Below, in pieces: positions 1-11,499 of a DNA stretch of 49,225 nt (the first letter of the stretch is position 1; every line of letters begins with the position of its first letter). The stretch is from Octopus bimaculoides (taxonomy: Eukaryota): the NCBI RefSeq assembly GCF_001194135.2, contig NC_068981.1, positions 33,782,444-33,831,668 on the forward strand, in the 5' to 3' direction. Under the pieces are notes generated by a model. The model saw only the letters and a list, made by a program, of their open reading frames with translations, was not told the DNA's origin and searched no databases. The position numbers and the translations under genes are program-made.

Positions 1-313
1 GTTGCCAGTACCTCCTGACTGGCTCCTGTAGGATTTTCGAGCGAGATCGTTGCCAGTGCCCCTGGACTGGCTTGTGCGGGTGGCACATAAAAGACACCAT
101 TTCGAGCGTGGCCGTTTTCGTGCGGGTGACACGTAAAAGCACCCACTACACTCTCTGAGTGGTTGGCGTTAGGAAGGGCATCCAGCTGTAGAAACTCTGC
201 CAAATCAGACTGGAGCCTGGTGTTGCCATCCGGTTTCACCAGTCCTCAGTCAAATCGTCCAACCCATGCTAGCATGGAAAGCGGACGTTTAAACGATGAT
301 GATGATGATGATG
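1..313 (+). mobile_element. 5'-truncated RTE LINE 3' end, (GAT)n tail
   Basis: Family core gcacccactacactct..gagtggttggcgttaggaagggcatccagctgtagaaac...catgctagcatggaaagcggacgtt plus (gat)n. Confidence 0.85.
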
Positions 314-497
314 AGTACCCAAGACTGAGAGATAACAAATATTAGTTGTTCCATTTTCTCAAATAGAAGAGAAAATTGAGGAATGTAATGAAAGTACATT
401 TCATCAACTTTATTTTTTCTTACTACAAACTGAACATGCACTCATGTCAAAAGGTACCATTAAATTTATCACTAATTAACAAGTAAAACCTTCATAC

Positions 498-556
498 CTT
501 CCATTCCTTGAATAATCAATTTTGTATGGCCCAAAGTTCAAATCTAAGTCAAAGTA
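498..556 (-). CDS. WDR46: WDR46 coding exon 5 (YFDLDLNFGPYKIDYSRNGR); gene continues beyond the left edge
   Basis: Acceptor ctttttgtttttttcag, donor AG|GTATGA, 59 nt, phase 0/2; matches the conserved [21 protein letters not shown] motif. Confidence 0.95.
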
Positions 557-742
557 CTGAAAAAAACAAAAAGAGAAAAGGAACAAAAATCAAACAAATA
601 TATAAATTGAAGTACGATAAGGTTGTTGGGAGCAGAAATTAATGAAAGAGAGGTGATGGTAGAAAGTTAGGGGACATAACTGATGGTAAAAGAATGTGAT
701 CAGAGTTAAGAATAAGGAATGGAGAGGTTCCTGAAAAAGCTA

Positions 743-1541
743 TTGGGTCATCCCATAAATAATGCAGTTTCTTATACTTCTTTTATTTTTCAAAATTAAG
801 ATAAACCAAAGTCATTTTTTTAATCTACAATGTTCTTCTATCTATCTGGTAGACTTGCAAGGCCCCCTCTTCCATAATTCATTTGTCTGTGACGAAAAAT
901 ACATTTCCAGCACTGTTCTGACCTCGTCTACAGAATTCATATTTTTTTCCGTCCAAATAATTTTGAAGACTGCAGAATAAATGATAATCAGTTGGGGCAA
1001 TCATCATCATCATCATCATCGTTTAACGTCCGCTTTCCATGCTAGCATGGGTTGGACGATTTGACTGAGGACTGGTGAAACCGGATGGCAACACCAGGCT
1101 CCAATCTAATTTGGCAGAGTTTCTACAGCTGGATGCCCTTCCTAACGCCAACCACTCAGAGAGTGTAGTGGGTGCTTTTACGTGTCACCCGCACGAAATG
1201 GTGTCTTTTATGTGCCACCCGCACAAGAGCCAGTCCAGGGGCACTGGCAACGATCTCGCTCGAAAACCCTACAAAGGCCAGTCAGGCGGTACTGGCAATG
1301 TGCAGCGAATATGGTGGGTGGGGCATTGTTTCCCATTCAAATTACTCCAGCCTTTGGAATGTCATCCTTGCTGTATGTGTCTGAGCATTGTCCTGATGGA
1401 AGAACACCTTTCGTCTTGAAACCAAAACTGGTGGTTTTTCTTCTAGCGCTGACTTAAGCCACTCAAGCTGCTCATAGTAGATCTCCTTAGTTATCATTTG
1501 GTTTGTTTTTAAAAGTTCAAAGTGGACTAAATCTTTCATGG
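743..1541 (-). mobile_element. mariner (DD34D) transposase fossil with one TIR, split by an RTE insertion at 1002-1293
   Basis: Minus strand reads VFFHQDNA...PHPPYSLHIA|PTDYHLFCSLQNYLDGK; 34 residues between the 2nd and 3rd Asp after removing the insert; TA plus ttgggtcatcccataaataatgcagttt TIR-like end at 741-770. Confidence 0.88.
1002..1293 (-). mobile_element. RTE 3' end inserted in the mariner fossil
   Basis: Reverse complement of the family core; (cat)n tail at 1002-1020; GGCAAT at both junctions. Confidence 0.85.
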
Positions 1542-2097
1542 TACGTAAAAAACACCTTTTTGAGCATGGCCGTTGCCAGTACCATGTGACTGGCCCTCGT
1601 GCCGGTGACACGTAAAAGCACCTACTACACTCTCGGAGTGGTTGACGTTAGGAAGGGCATCCATATGTAGAAACTCTGCCAGATCAGATTGGAGCCTGGT
1701 GCAGCCTTCTAGCTTACCAGTCCTCAGTTAAATCGTCCAACCCATGCTAGCATGGAAAGCGGACGTCAAACGATGATGATGACTGTATTTCTCTAAGTTT
1801 GTCAAACTTGTCTTGTGAACATTGAGAACTTGCTTAAAATAAACAGCCAAAATTGGATGGAACTTCCCAGCAAAGTTCTCAGACCATGGTTTTCAAAATT
1901 AATTGATACGTGCGGGTGACACGTAAAAGCACCCACTACACTCTCTGAGTGGTTGGCGTTAGGAAGGGCATCCAGCTGTAGAAACTCTGCCAAATTAGAC
2001 TGGAGCCTGGTGTTGCCATCCGGTTTCACCAGTCCTCAGTCAAATCGTCCAACCCATGCTAGCATGGAAAGCAGACGTTAAACGATGATGATGACTG
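1542..2097 (+). mobile_element. Two tandem RTE 3' ends (about 1542-1782 and 1909-2097) sharing a duplicated 122-bp flank
   Basis: Two family cores with different diagnostic bases; 1772-1893 repeated at 2084-2205 with one mismatch. Confidence 0.85.
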
Positions 2098-2419
2098 TAT
2101 TTCTCTAAGTTTGTCAAACTTGTCTTGTGAACATTGAGAACTTGCTTAAAATAAACAGCCAAAATTGCATGGAACTTCCCAGCAAAGTTCTCAGACCATG
2201 GTTTTGATATGAAGGAAGTATGTTTCACTATAAATATGGTAATGACAGGGTTAAACTTAGGGGTTTTCTTACAATTAGGATGAAACATTTTTGATAAGAG
2301 ACATAGGGACATGCCTTAATTAAAATATGATATCACAACCGAAGTCTTATAGCATGTCATCTCAAACAGACATTTTATTCCAGCTTTTCTTATTCATAAA
2401 TAAACACAAATATACCAAC

Positions 2420-2489
2420 CTTAGTGGCACTTGTAATATCAACTGATGCTGCAATAGTGTCTTGGTCTATTAGTCGTATATCACTTGAT
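2420..2489 (-). CDS. WDR46: WDR46 coding exon 4 (SSDIRLIDQDTIAASVDITSATK)
   Basis: Acceptor attatttttttccag, donor AAG|GTTGGT, 70 nt, phase 2/0; matches human QADIVEAVDIASAAK. Confidence 0.92.
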
Positions 2490-3134
2490 CTGGAAAAAAA
2501 TAATTTCCAACATTGCTATCATAACTTAGCTAACTTTTTTACTCTGTATAATACAACACAACCAACATATACTATCTTCTGCCATATAATCACTACGAGA
2601 GAATTACCTGTACTAATAGCTACATCAATCTTCACTAATTACAACAACCTATTTTTTATGTCTTTCTAATTATCTATCTTGTGTGTGTGTGTGTGTATTG
2701 AGTATCAGGTTGGCTTAGCTCGTCATATTCCTTAAGGTTTCATGGATGTGAAAACATGACCATCTCCTCAGACATTTGAAAGTAAAGTAAAGAAAAAAAC
2801 AAATTGGCAGTGGATTTATCTGTAGCACAATTCCTTCTTTCCTTTGGTTCTCAACTCCCGATGGAGTTGTAAGGATGCTGTTGTGATACTGTTAAGGGGG
2901 CATTTTTAGCCTGGAGAATCTCATCTTTCTCCACGGTCACAATATAAACCAATAAAAAATAACACAAGGCAATGAAGGAATCTCTACCTACGAAATATAG
3001 CAGCCAAACCATTCCACAAATTACTCCTTACCCAAGGACACATACAATAATGTAGCCCCAGATACACTGTATATGAATAAAAAATGAGATATAAAAACAC
3101 ATAACAGACTACTCTTCACCAATCGCAAAACACT

Positions 3135-3834
3135 GCAAGCTTCTATGACAGTTTGGCTTCCTGCTTGGACGGGAGATACCCTTATCTGGCTTGCTCAATT
3201 AGAAGCAAATTTTGCAGCAAACAGAATAACAACAGAGGCACAAAAGTATAACATTATGTTAAGTAACCAAACCGACTATAAAAAGTGGTGACTTCCCAAT
3301 GTGATCACGAAGATAAACCACCACATCATAAAAGTATTGACACTTGTGAAAAATAGATAAAATTTTCAATAGAAAATAGATGACAGTTTCATTACACAAA
3401 ATTTTATCAACAGAAATATTTGATATTAAATATGTTTAGCCCCTCTATGTTTACTCCCTTGTGGGCAATAAAAAAATAAGAAATATTTGATATTAAAAGT
3501 TGAAGGAAAACGAACGCTGAAGAAATAAACAATAATAGTTATAAGAAGTTTTAACTGCACTTTCTAGCAAATTAAAATTATATTTCACTAAGAGCAAAAT
3601 TTTCTTTTTGATAAGTATAATACATATTTGAATGGAAGAAAATATTAAAGAGTTTGAAATGTCTTATTTTGATAGAGGATATATGCAAGCTTCTATGACA
3701 GTTTTGCCTCTTGCTTAGACGGGAGATACCCATATCTGGTTTGCTCAATTAGAAGCAAGTTTCGCAGCAAACAGAATAACAACAGAGGCACAAAAGTATA
3801 ACATTATGTTAAGTAACCAAACTGACTATAAAAA
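3135..3834 (+). mobile_element. Two direct copies (3135-3282, 3686-3834) of a Ty3/Gypsy gag-like fragment
   Basis: LPAWTGDTLIWLAQLEANFAANRITTEAQKYNIML resembles the gag N-terminal pattern P.FW...P..WF.Q.E..F...IT.E..KY. Confidence 0.6.
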
Positions 3835-3870
3835 CACAAAAAAATTAGAAAATCATTAGTTTTATATTAC

Positions 3871-3983
3871 CCAACTGTATCTTGTAATAAGAGTTTACTC
3901 CGAGCAGACTGTTCAATAGCAAATTGAGTCTTCTGCATTTTATTTATATAGCAATCCTTGTGATATTTGGTTTTGAAATATTT
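3871..3983 (-). CDS. WDR46: WDR46 coding exon 3 (KYFKTKYHKDCYINKMQKTQFAIEQSARSKLLLQDTVG)
   Basis: Acceptor ttttttctctatacag, donor GG|GTAATA, 113 nt, phase 0/2; SARSKLLL matches human AARSELLL. Confidence 0.9.
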
Positions 3984-6168
3984 CTGTATAGAGAAAAAAA
4001 AATTTTATATCAGGAGATATTCATTGTCATAACCGAAAAAAGTATTCACACATAACATTTCTCACATGAAAAAGGGTTGATGTTATTTTAATAAGGATCT
4101 ATGAGAAGGGATGACATGATTTCAAAACAGTTCTTTGAGAGAGGGTGATGTAATTTTAAGATGGATCTACAAGAGGAATTGAGGTGACTTTAATATAGAT
4201 CTTGAAGAGATGATGGAAATTAATATAGAGTAAGATTATACTGAAAGTTTAAAAAGAATGAAAGGTAACTCTCACATTAAAATCCAATGAAGGACTAATC
4301 AAACAGCATGATGACTCAGTAAAACTGAAATACCATATCAGCATGGCTGGAGCCTGTTAGCAGATGATGACCATGGAATATGGTGAAAGGGAGTTATGTA
4401 TCTTGCTATGTACCTATGTTATCTCACCAGTCTAGGGATTTTCATTGATTGATTAAAAAAACTAATGTTGTAGTTAGCAAAACACAAAGTGGTGGATCAG
4501 AAGCTGATGTAGGTTTTGACTGTAAGTGTGATACTGTCAGCCAATGGAAATCATTATGATAGAAATGGTGAATTGCATTAACTTTGTTTATGTTGTTGGC
4601 ATATCACTGAAAATAAGTGTTTCTCCTGCTAGAGTTAACTAAAGTTGTAACAAATAAAATATGGTATGAAGATGATGAACCAGAACCTGAAAACCTTCAA
4701 TGTGAAATATAGTTTTTGAAGAAGGTGTATCATTCCAGACATGAAAACAATGCTATATCGTGACATATACTTGCTCCAAGAAATGTCAACAGCTGCTAAA
4801 AGGTTTCTATTTTATTACAAATGCAAGATTTTTTTTTCTGCTATAGGAAATGATACCACAAATTGAGAATTCTAGTTGTTCTATAACTTGTAGTTGTGAA
4901 CAGTAGAGTTAAGCAAGCACAGAACAAAGAATATTTTCATTATCTTCTATCTTTTACTTGTTTCAGTCATTAGACCGCAGCCATGCTGGGGCACCGCCTT
5001 GGAGAAGTTTCAAATATTTTTTCCTAGTCAAATCATCATCATCATTATCATCATCGTTTAACATCCGCTTTCCATGCTTCAGTTCTTTTCATGCAGAATG
5101 TGATAGTCAAAAGCTTCACTCACATTAGAGAAACAATTAACAGGATACGTTGATAAGATGTAGCAATAAGTGCAGCATTATCAGCAAACTAGAAGCCACA
5201 GAGCAAGGATGGCATCTGCATGGAACTGAAATTACCACAGACATGTTGCAACAAGAAACTAGGGCCAAGACACAACCTTCCTTCGTGTTGTTTGAAATGT
5301 TACATGACTCTGACCATGTCTCACACACACACAGAAGAAACGGCATAACTTTAAGACACAGGTGTGGCTATGTGGTCAGAAGTTTACTTCCTAACCACAT
5401 GGTTCCAGGTTTGGTTCCCTTGGGTGGAACTTTGAGCAAGTGTCTTCTACTATAGTCCCAGGCCAACTAAATCATTTGGAGTGGATTTAGTAGACAAAAA
5501 CTAAAGGAGACTTGTCGCATGTGTTATGTGTGTGTGTTTGGATGGGTGGATATGCTTCTTTATTAGGCACACAGGGCCAAACAGAAAGGGGACAAAATAC
5601 AATGTAGGGCTTTTCTTTTCAAGAAAAGAAAAAAAAAAAGAAAAAGAAAATTTTGATCAAAAGGGATCGTGAGAAAAAAATGGGGGGGGGTGCAATAGAA
5701 AGAGAGAGAGAGAGAAGATAGAAAGACACACCCAAAGACAAAAAATGGCTATGTGGTTAAGAAGTCCCACTTCTCAACCACTTGATTTCAGTTTCAGTCC
5801 CATCATGCAACACCTTGAGCAAGTATTTTGTACCACAGCTAAGCTGGCCCAATCCCAGTGAGTGTATTTGGTAGATGGAAGAAATAGGCCCAATGTGTGT
5901 GTGCATGCATACATGAGTGGGTGGGTGAGTGGCTTGTTTTGATATTGTGAGCCAACCACAGACAAGTCATACACATGTGGTATGGTTTGTTAGCTATCTT
6001 GCATGAAAACATGTTCCTATTTGAAGGATTAGGGGAAATATTTACCTTAATTAGAAACAGGTGATAGTTGGCAACTGGAAGGGTATCAGGCCATAGAATA
6101 TCTGCTTCAACAACATTCATCTGACCCATGCAAGCAAAATGAGGAGGACATAAAAACGATGATCATAA

Positions 6169-6332
6169 TATGTGCATCCATACACATATGTATTTACACC
6201 CATGTGCATCCATACACATATATATATATACTTATGTGCATCCATATACATATATATACTTATGTGCATCCATACACATATGTATTTACACTTATGTGCA
6301 TCCATACACACACACACATATATATATATATG

Positions 6333-6373
<41 letters not shown>

Positions 6374-6452
6374 TTATGTGCATCCATATACATATATATA
6401 TACACCCATGTCCATCCATACACGTATATATATAGACTTATGTGCATCCATA
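6169..6452. repeat. Minisatellite of about 8 ATGTGCATCCATA units with variable (AC/AT)n linkers
   Basis: Direct reading of the repeats. Confidence 0.85.
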
Positions 6453-6647
6453 CTTATATTGTGTGTGTTTACAGGTTAAATAAGTACATACATATACACA
6501 TATATACATGTATCTATAGTTATATATATACATGTATCATTTTATTACAGATGTTGCATTGTGTCCTTCAAGTCAAGACTCACAACTCTACTTAACAAAA
6601 GCTTCACGGTAAATTAGGAAATCATTAAAGTTACCAGAAATACTCAC

Positions 6648-6722
6648 ATCTTTTGTAGAATCTCCTCGTTTATATTTTTTAAACTCTTTTTTATCAACAG
6701 GAACACGTCCTTCATATGGATC
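6648..6722 (-). CDS. WDR46: WDR46 coding exon 2 (DPYEGRVPVDKKEFKKYKRGDSTKD)
   Basis: Acceptor ttcttcctttcag, donor GAT|GTGAGT, 75 nt, phase 0/0; resembles human WDR46 DPFPGPAPVPVEVVQKFCRIDK. Confidence 0.88.
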
Positions 6723-6815
6723 CTGAAAGGAAGAATAAATAATCTTATTAATAGTTCCATCAGTTATTGTCCAATAGTAGCAGGGGTATGGAGTCAGGGT
6801 TGATATAAATGTAGG

Positions 6816-7067
6816 AGACACGTAAAATACACCATTTCGAGCGTGGCCGTCGCCAGTACCCGCCTGACTGGCCCTTGTGCTGGTGGCGCGTAGAAGCACC
6901 CACTACACTCTCGGAGTGGTTGGTGTTAGGAAGGGCATCCAGCTGTAGAAACTCTGCCAAATCAGATTGGAGCCTGGTGTCGCCTTCTGGTCCACCAGTC
7001 CTCAGTCAAATTGTCCAACCCATGCTAGCATGGAAAGCGGACATTAAACGACGATGATGATGATGAT
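6816..7067 (+). mobile_element. RTE 3' end
   Basis: Family core plus (gat)n tail. Confidence 0.8.
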
Positions 7068-7678
7068 GTACCAACACTGACTCTAATTATATGTATGCAA
7101 ATTATAACATAATGCATTAAAAATTCCAAATTCACAGATACTAATTGGACTGTTTTCTGTACTAAAAGTAATTAAATCAGATCTAAAGACTTCTATGAAG
7201 GAGGACTTGCAAAAGGTAAAATTGTTGGTAAATTTTAGATTTGGATTTCTGACTGAAGCCTTATTCTACAGACATATTTCTTTAATAAATTTGAAAGAAA
7301 TAAATTTTTCAATATTTTACAAGAAAATTTTTGTTATATTCACTTAAATTTTATATTCAAAAGGGATGTGTTATGTCCCTAATAGGGGTTAATTCTTTTA
7401 AGTGGCTATTTAACATGTTAACCACCACATATACCACCAGTGATTCATCACAAGCTTTACACAACTGCCTATGCACCACCAGTGGTACAGTTTCATAATT
7501 TGGGAAAATACTTTATTCTGTACCTTTGACATAGTTTCAAGGACATTTGAATAAGATGGGTGCTAAATATTAAAATTTAATTATGAAATATTGTAAAAAT
7601 GCAAAAAAAGTTACATTAAACATAATTCTATAGACATGCATTATTTAAAAGGGTTTAATAAATAGACTTATTATATAC

Positions 7679-8125
7679 ATCATCATCATTTAACGTTCAA
7701 TCTCCATGCTGGCATGGGTTGGACAGATTGACCAGGGCTGGCAAGCTGGAAGGCTGCACCAGACCCCAGTCTGATTTGGCATGGTTTCTATGGCGGGATG
7801 TCCTTCCAAATGCCAACCACTCCGAGAGTGTAATGTGTGCTTTTATGTGCTGCTGGCATAGGAAACATTTGCGTGACACCAGTATCTGCCACAACTACAA
7901 TTTTACTTGGCTTGATGAGTCTTCTTCTCAAGCACGACATAATATCAAAGGTCTCAGTCATTGCTTCCATGAGGCCCAACACTCAAAAGGAGCTTAACTA
8001 CTTTGCCTCTGTGAGGCCAAACACTTGAAAGGTGCTTTTTACATGCCATTTACCTGATGCCAGCATCAGCCACAACTACGATTTCACTTGGCTTGACAGG
8101 TCTTCTCAAGCACAGCAGATTGCCA
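7679..8125 (-). mobile_element. Older RTE 3' region with ORF2-end remnants and internal duplication
   Basis: (cat)n tail, diverged core, two copies of gccacaactac...cttggcttga...ctcaagcac. Confidence 0.7.
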
Positions 8126-8829
8126 AATGGTTAATATAAATATGATAATATAAGCAAAAACTAACAGCTGAAAACCAAAAAAAACAAGCTGGATGTGCAA
8201 AGGACACTGTATTAGATTTAAGAATACAGAATGAAAGGAATTATGTTTCACACATTTTTGTGAAACTGTTTGGTGTAAATTTTAAATAAGTGCTCTGTCT
8301 CTAAGCTTTATATAGCTTCAAATAAAGGTTACTTTCTTGTGTTATGCCAACTCATAAGGACCAGTTTCCTGGTTTCCATGGCCTATAAATTCCCCACCTG
8401 GGCAGGACACCAGTCCATCAGAGGATTACTCATTTTTGCCAGCCGAATGGACTGGAGCAATGTGAAATGAAGTGTTTTGCTCAAGAACATAATACATCAC
8501 CCAGTCCAGGAATTGAAACCACAATCTTATGATCATGAGTCCAACACCCTAAAGCCACATCCTTTCACTATATAACTTTAGGTCACACCAAGTCTAAATG
8601 TGACATTGGAGAGACAGTTTGTTGTGGCCGCAAGGTCTGACATAACTTTCCCAGTCACAACATATACAATCATCCTAAAATCAATATCTCTCATGCTCAG
8701 TCTAGAAACCTGAGAAACACACACACAAAATTATCAGCCGGACCAATAACATTATTAAATCCAAATGCTATACTGTGTTGGAATGTACATCACTAATGAT
8801 AAGTAGAAACATGAAGTGTCATATTTTAA

Positions 8830-9035
8830 AATAACCATCAATGTATCATACTTAATGTAAATACATTGGTGAAAGGCAATTTATTGTAGTATTTGTCCCA
8901 GAGATATTATCCCTTATGGACATGCTGTTTTTAAACACAATACATCCCTAAGAGAAGTTATCTCTGGACAAATACTGCAGTAAATTGCTTTTCAATGATG
9001 TATTTATATTAAATATGATACATTGATGGCTATCT
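8830..9035. mobile_element. About 200-bp imperfect palindrome (hairpin MITE-like)
   Basis: ccatcaatgtatcata...gtatttgtcccagagat pairs with atctctggacaaatac...tatgatacattgatgg. Confidence 0.7.
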
Positions 9036-9209
9036 TAACTGAATACTGCTTCTATTGCATAAATGGATCGTCATATTTTAAATAAATAGGGTGGTTCTTT
9101 TTGTCTAAAATATATGCTTTTGATGTCTAATATATTTTACATAAAGAATCACAACATATTTCCCATATAATTAACATCACACAATGATACTGCATATAAA
9201 TAAACATAC

Positions 9210-9365
9210 TTTTTTCTTCCCAAACACTCTATTCCTGAAATGTTGTACAGATGTGTTTGGTTGAATTTCAAAAATTTGTACATTACTAGAATCCACAGAA
9301 GGTAATTTTTCATAATTTATTTCGTTAGAACCTTTCTTTGGTGACTTTTCTTCCGTGGGCTCCAT
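9210..9365 (-). CDS. WDR46: WDR46/UTP7 coding exon 1 (MEPTEEKSPK...RVFGKKK, 52 aa)
   Basis: Acceptor tttttttatcttcag 4 nt before the ATG (context CAAAATGG); donor AAA|GTATGT, phase 0; joins in frame to the next exon. The sequence itself is poorly conserved; identity comes from the downstream exons. Confidence 0.8.
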
Positions 9366-11499
9366 TTTGCTGAAGATAAAAAAAGAAAATATATAATTAA
9401 AACTATGCACAAATCTGTCTATTTGTCTCTATCTATCTATCTATATTCCATTTCACAAACTTGAAGAAATAGATAGATTCGAATATGAGAGCTCTATTGA
9501 AATTTAAAAGAAAGTAATTTTTTAAATTTTTGTTAAAAAAAAACAAAACAAAATGGAATATTTCCGTAAAATTAAATACAGAATGAGGAATATATAATGT
9601 GTAAACATTTTTATGCGGTTCTACTGTAAATATACCCTACATTGGTACTGGAACTCTCAACTTATTGATTATTTGATTACATTACAAGGTGGTTGAGTAT
9701 AACTCACACACTGAATACTTAACGTAATCGACAGGTGTTATACGTTGGTAAATACTTTGGTTTACAGAAAATTCATACGAAAGTTTCCCTATGTCAAAGC
9801 TATCAAAAGAAACAAAACACTACTGGTTATCATTTTATTACCCACACTGTTATAGATATGCCAAAGTTAATGATACATACAATTAATATAGTAATTTCTA
9901 ACTTTACTGGAAAATATTCGTGAATTTTTGTTTTTTCTGTGAAAACTTAAATAGGATCGAATATCAAACTTCTGGGCGGAATCCAAATCGTTAAGTTAAA
10001 TTATTAATATTACCATATTTGATGGCATAAAGACGTAATAAAAAAAAGTTTCCCCGGGTCCATAAGCTTTAATGTATTAAATGTTTTTTTTCCTGAATAC
10101 ATGCGGCTGAAATCGGAGTACGTCTAAATATACCGATGCGTCTTTTATGTCATCATTGTACATTGTTCTTCTAATTCTATTCGCATCTAGGATATCGTAT
10201 AAAACTATTCAGTATGCAATTAAAAAATGAATATCTGTTTATATCAGTATTTCCTGACCAGAACAGATATTTTAAGCGACACATTAACATTAGTTACGAA
10301 TTATTTTATTATAACTTTTAAGCTATTTAACCGCTATAGTTCAGATAATACGAAATGATACAACAATACACTGTCCAAATTTTTTAAAATTATTTTTGTA
10401 TTACGGAATTAACTTGTCGATTACATGATCGGTAAAAAACTGAATTGCCGTTGACACTGAACGAAACATTAGATTCGTGACAGGAAAACGATTAGTTAGA
10501 ATTGAAAGGTCTTTCATATAAATTAATGATCAGTAATAGTGTTTAGAAGCAAGAATTCAAAATATGATGCATATTATAAAATCTGGACTGACTTCTGAAA
10601 GATATGAAAATTTAAACAAGAAGATAGTTACCTACACGTGTTTTCCACACGACACACACGGTGTAATATATTTCCGGTACACGTTTAAGGGGAGGTTACT
10701 CCAACCTCTTTTAAACACTTCCCACTGTTCAGACGTCTCAGTTTGCCGACCAAGTTCCATTCACAAGGTATTGATCAACTCAAAGTTATGGTAAATGCTT
10801 ACTGAAGGTGACGTGTGTTGGATCGAAACTGAAACCACGGGGTTGCTAATGGAGCTTCGTAACAACCTCGTAGCCATGTCTGCTAAGGACATGTTATGTT
10901 TTAGTGAAGCCCTACTGAAATTGTTTCTACATTGCTTTCGCTAGGTTACCATGAAACCAGGAACATTTCTTTGAGGAATGGAAGATGAGTGTAATGGTAC
11001 TGGAACATTTTAAAGATTATTAACGGCAGAAGTTAATAAAAAAAAAAGTTCACCGAAATGAAAGCGGAATCTTCAAACTAGCTTCCGTCTGGACTTGAAA
11101 ATTAGACTTTGGTCACCGGAAGCAAATATTATGTCGCTCACCTATTCATAGCTAACAATAAAATCTTGAGTCAATGTAAGCTAATGTTCTACGTTGGAAA
11201 ATTTGGCAGATAACGTATTCAAATTGATAAACCTTGCCGTGAATTCTAATTATTGGCGAGTATGCATAACGTTAGGATTCACTTCCCAAGATAGACGAGC
11301 GAATTCATTTTTTTTTTTTTGTTGGAAGCCAAACAATAATTTTTATTACATATATTACACGTATGTATATGAATAATACAAAGCCACATTAAGATACAAA
11401 CCTTAAACAATAGTCATGATTCTTCTATTATATAAGAAAGACAAGGAAAAGGGGGAGAGGAAAGAAAGAGAAAAACAATGCCGCACCAAGTGCTTCAAT

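Noticed and set aside
2608-2634. 27-nt AG...GT segment as the missing WDR46 microexon
   Set aside because: In the required phase 2 it reads T GAA GAT TGA, an in-frame stop.
4441-4830. Coding-like stretch (RRCIIPDMKTMLYRDIYLLQEM)
   Set aside because: Multiple stops and no family I can name; too weak to report.
5137-5455. Overlapping ORFs of 69 and 101 aa
   Set aside because: No recognisable motif or fitting splice sites; the ORF runs into a SINE head.
6169-6452. CRISPR-like constant repeat with variable spacers
   Set aside because: The linkers are AC/AT microsatellite variants of each other, the context is a eukaryotic intron, and there are no cas genes.
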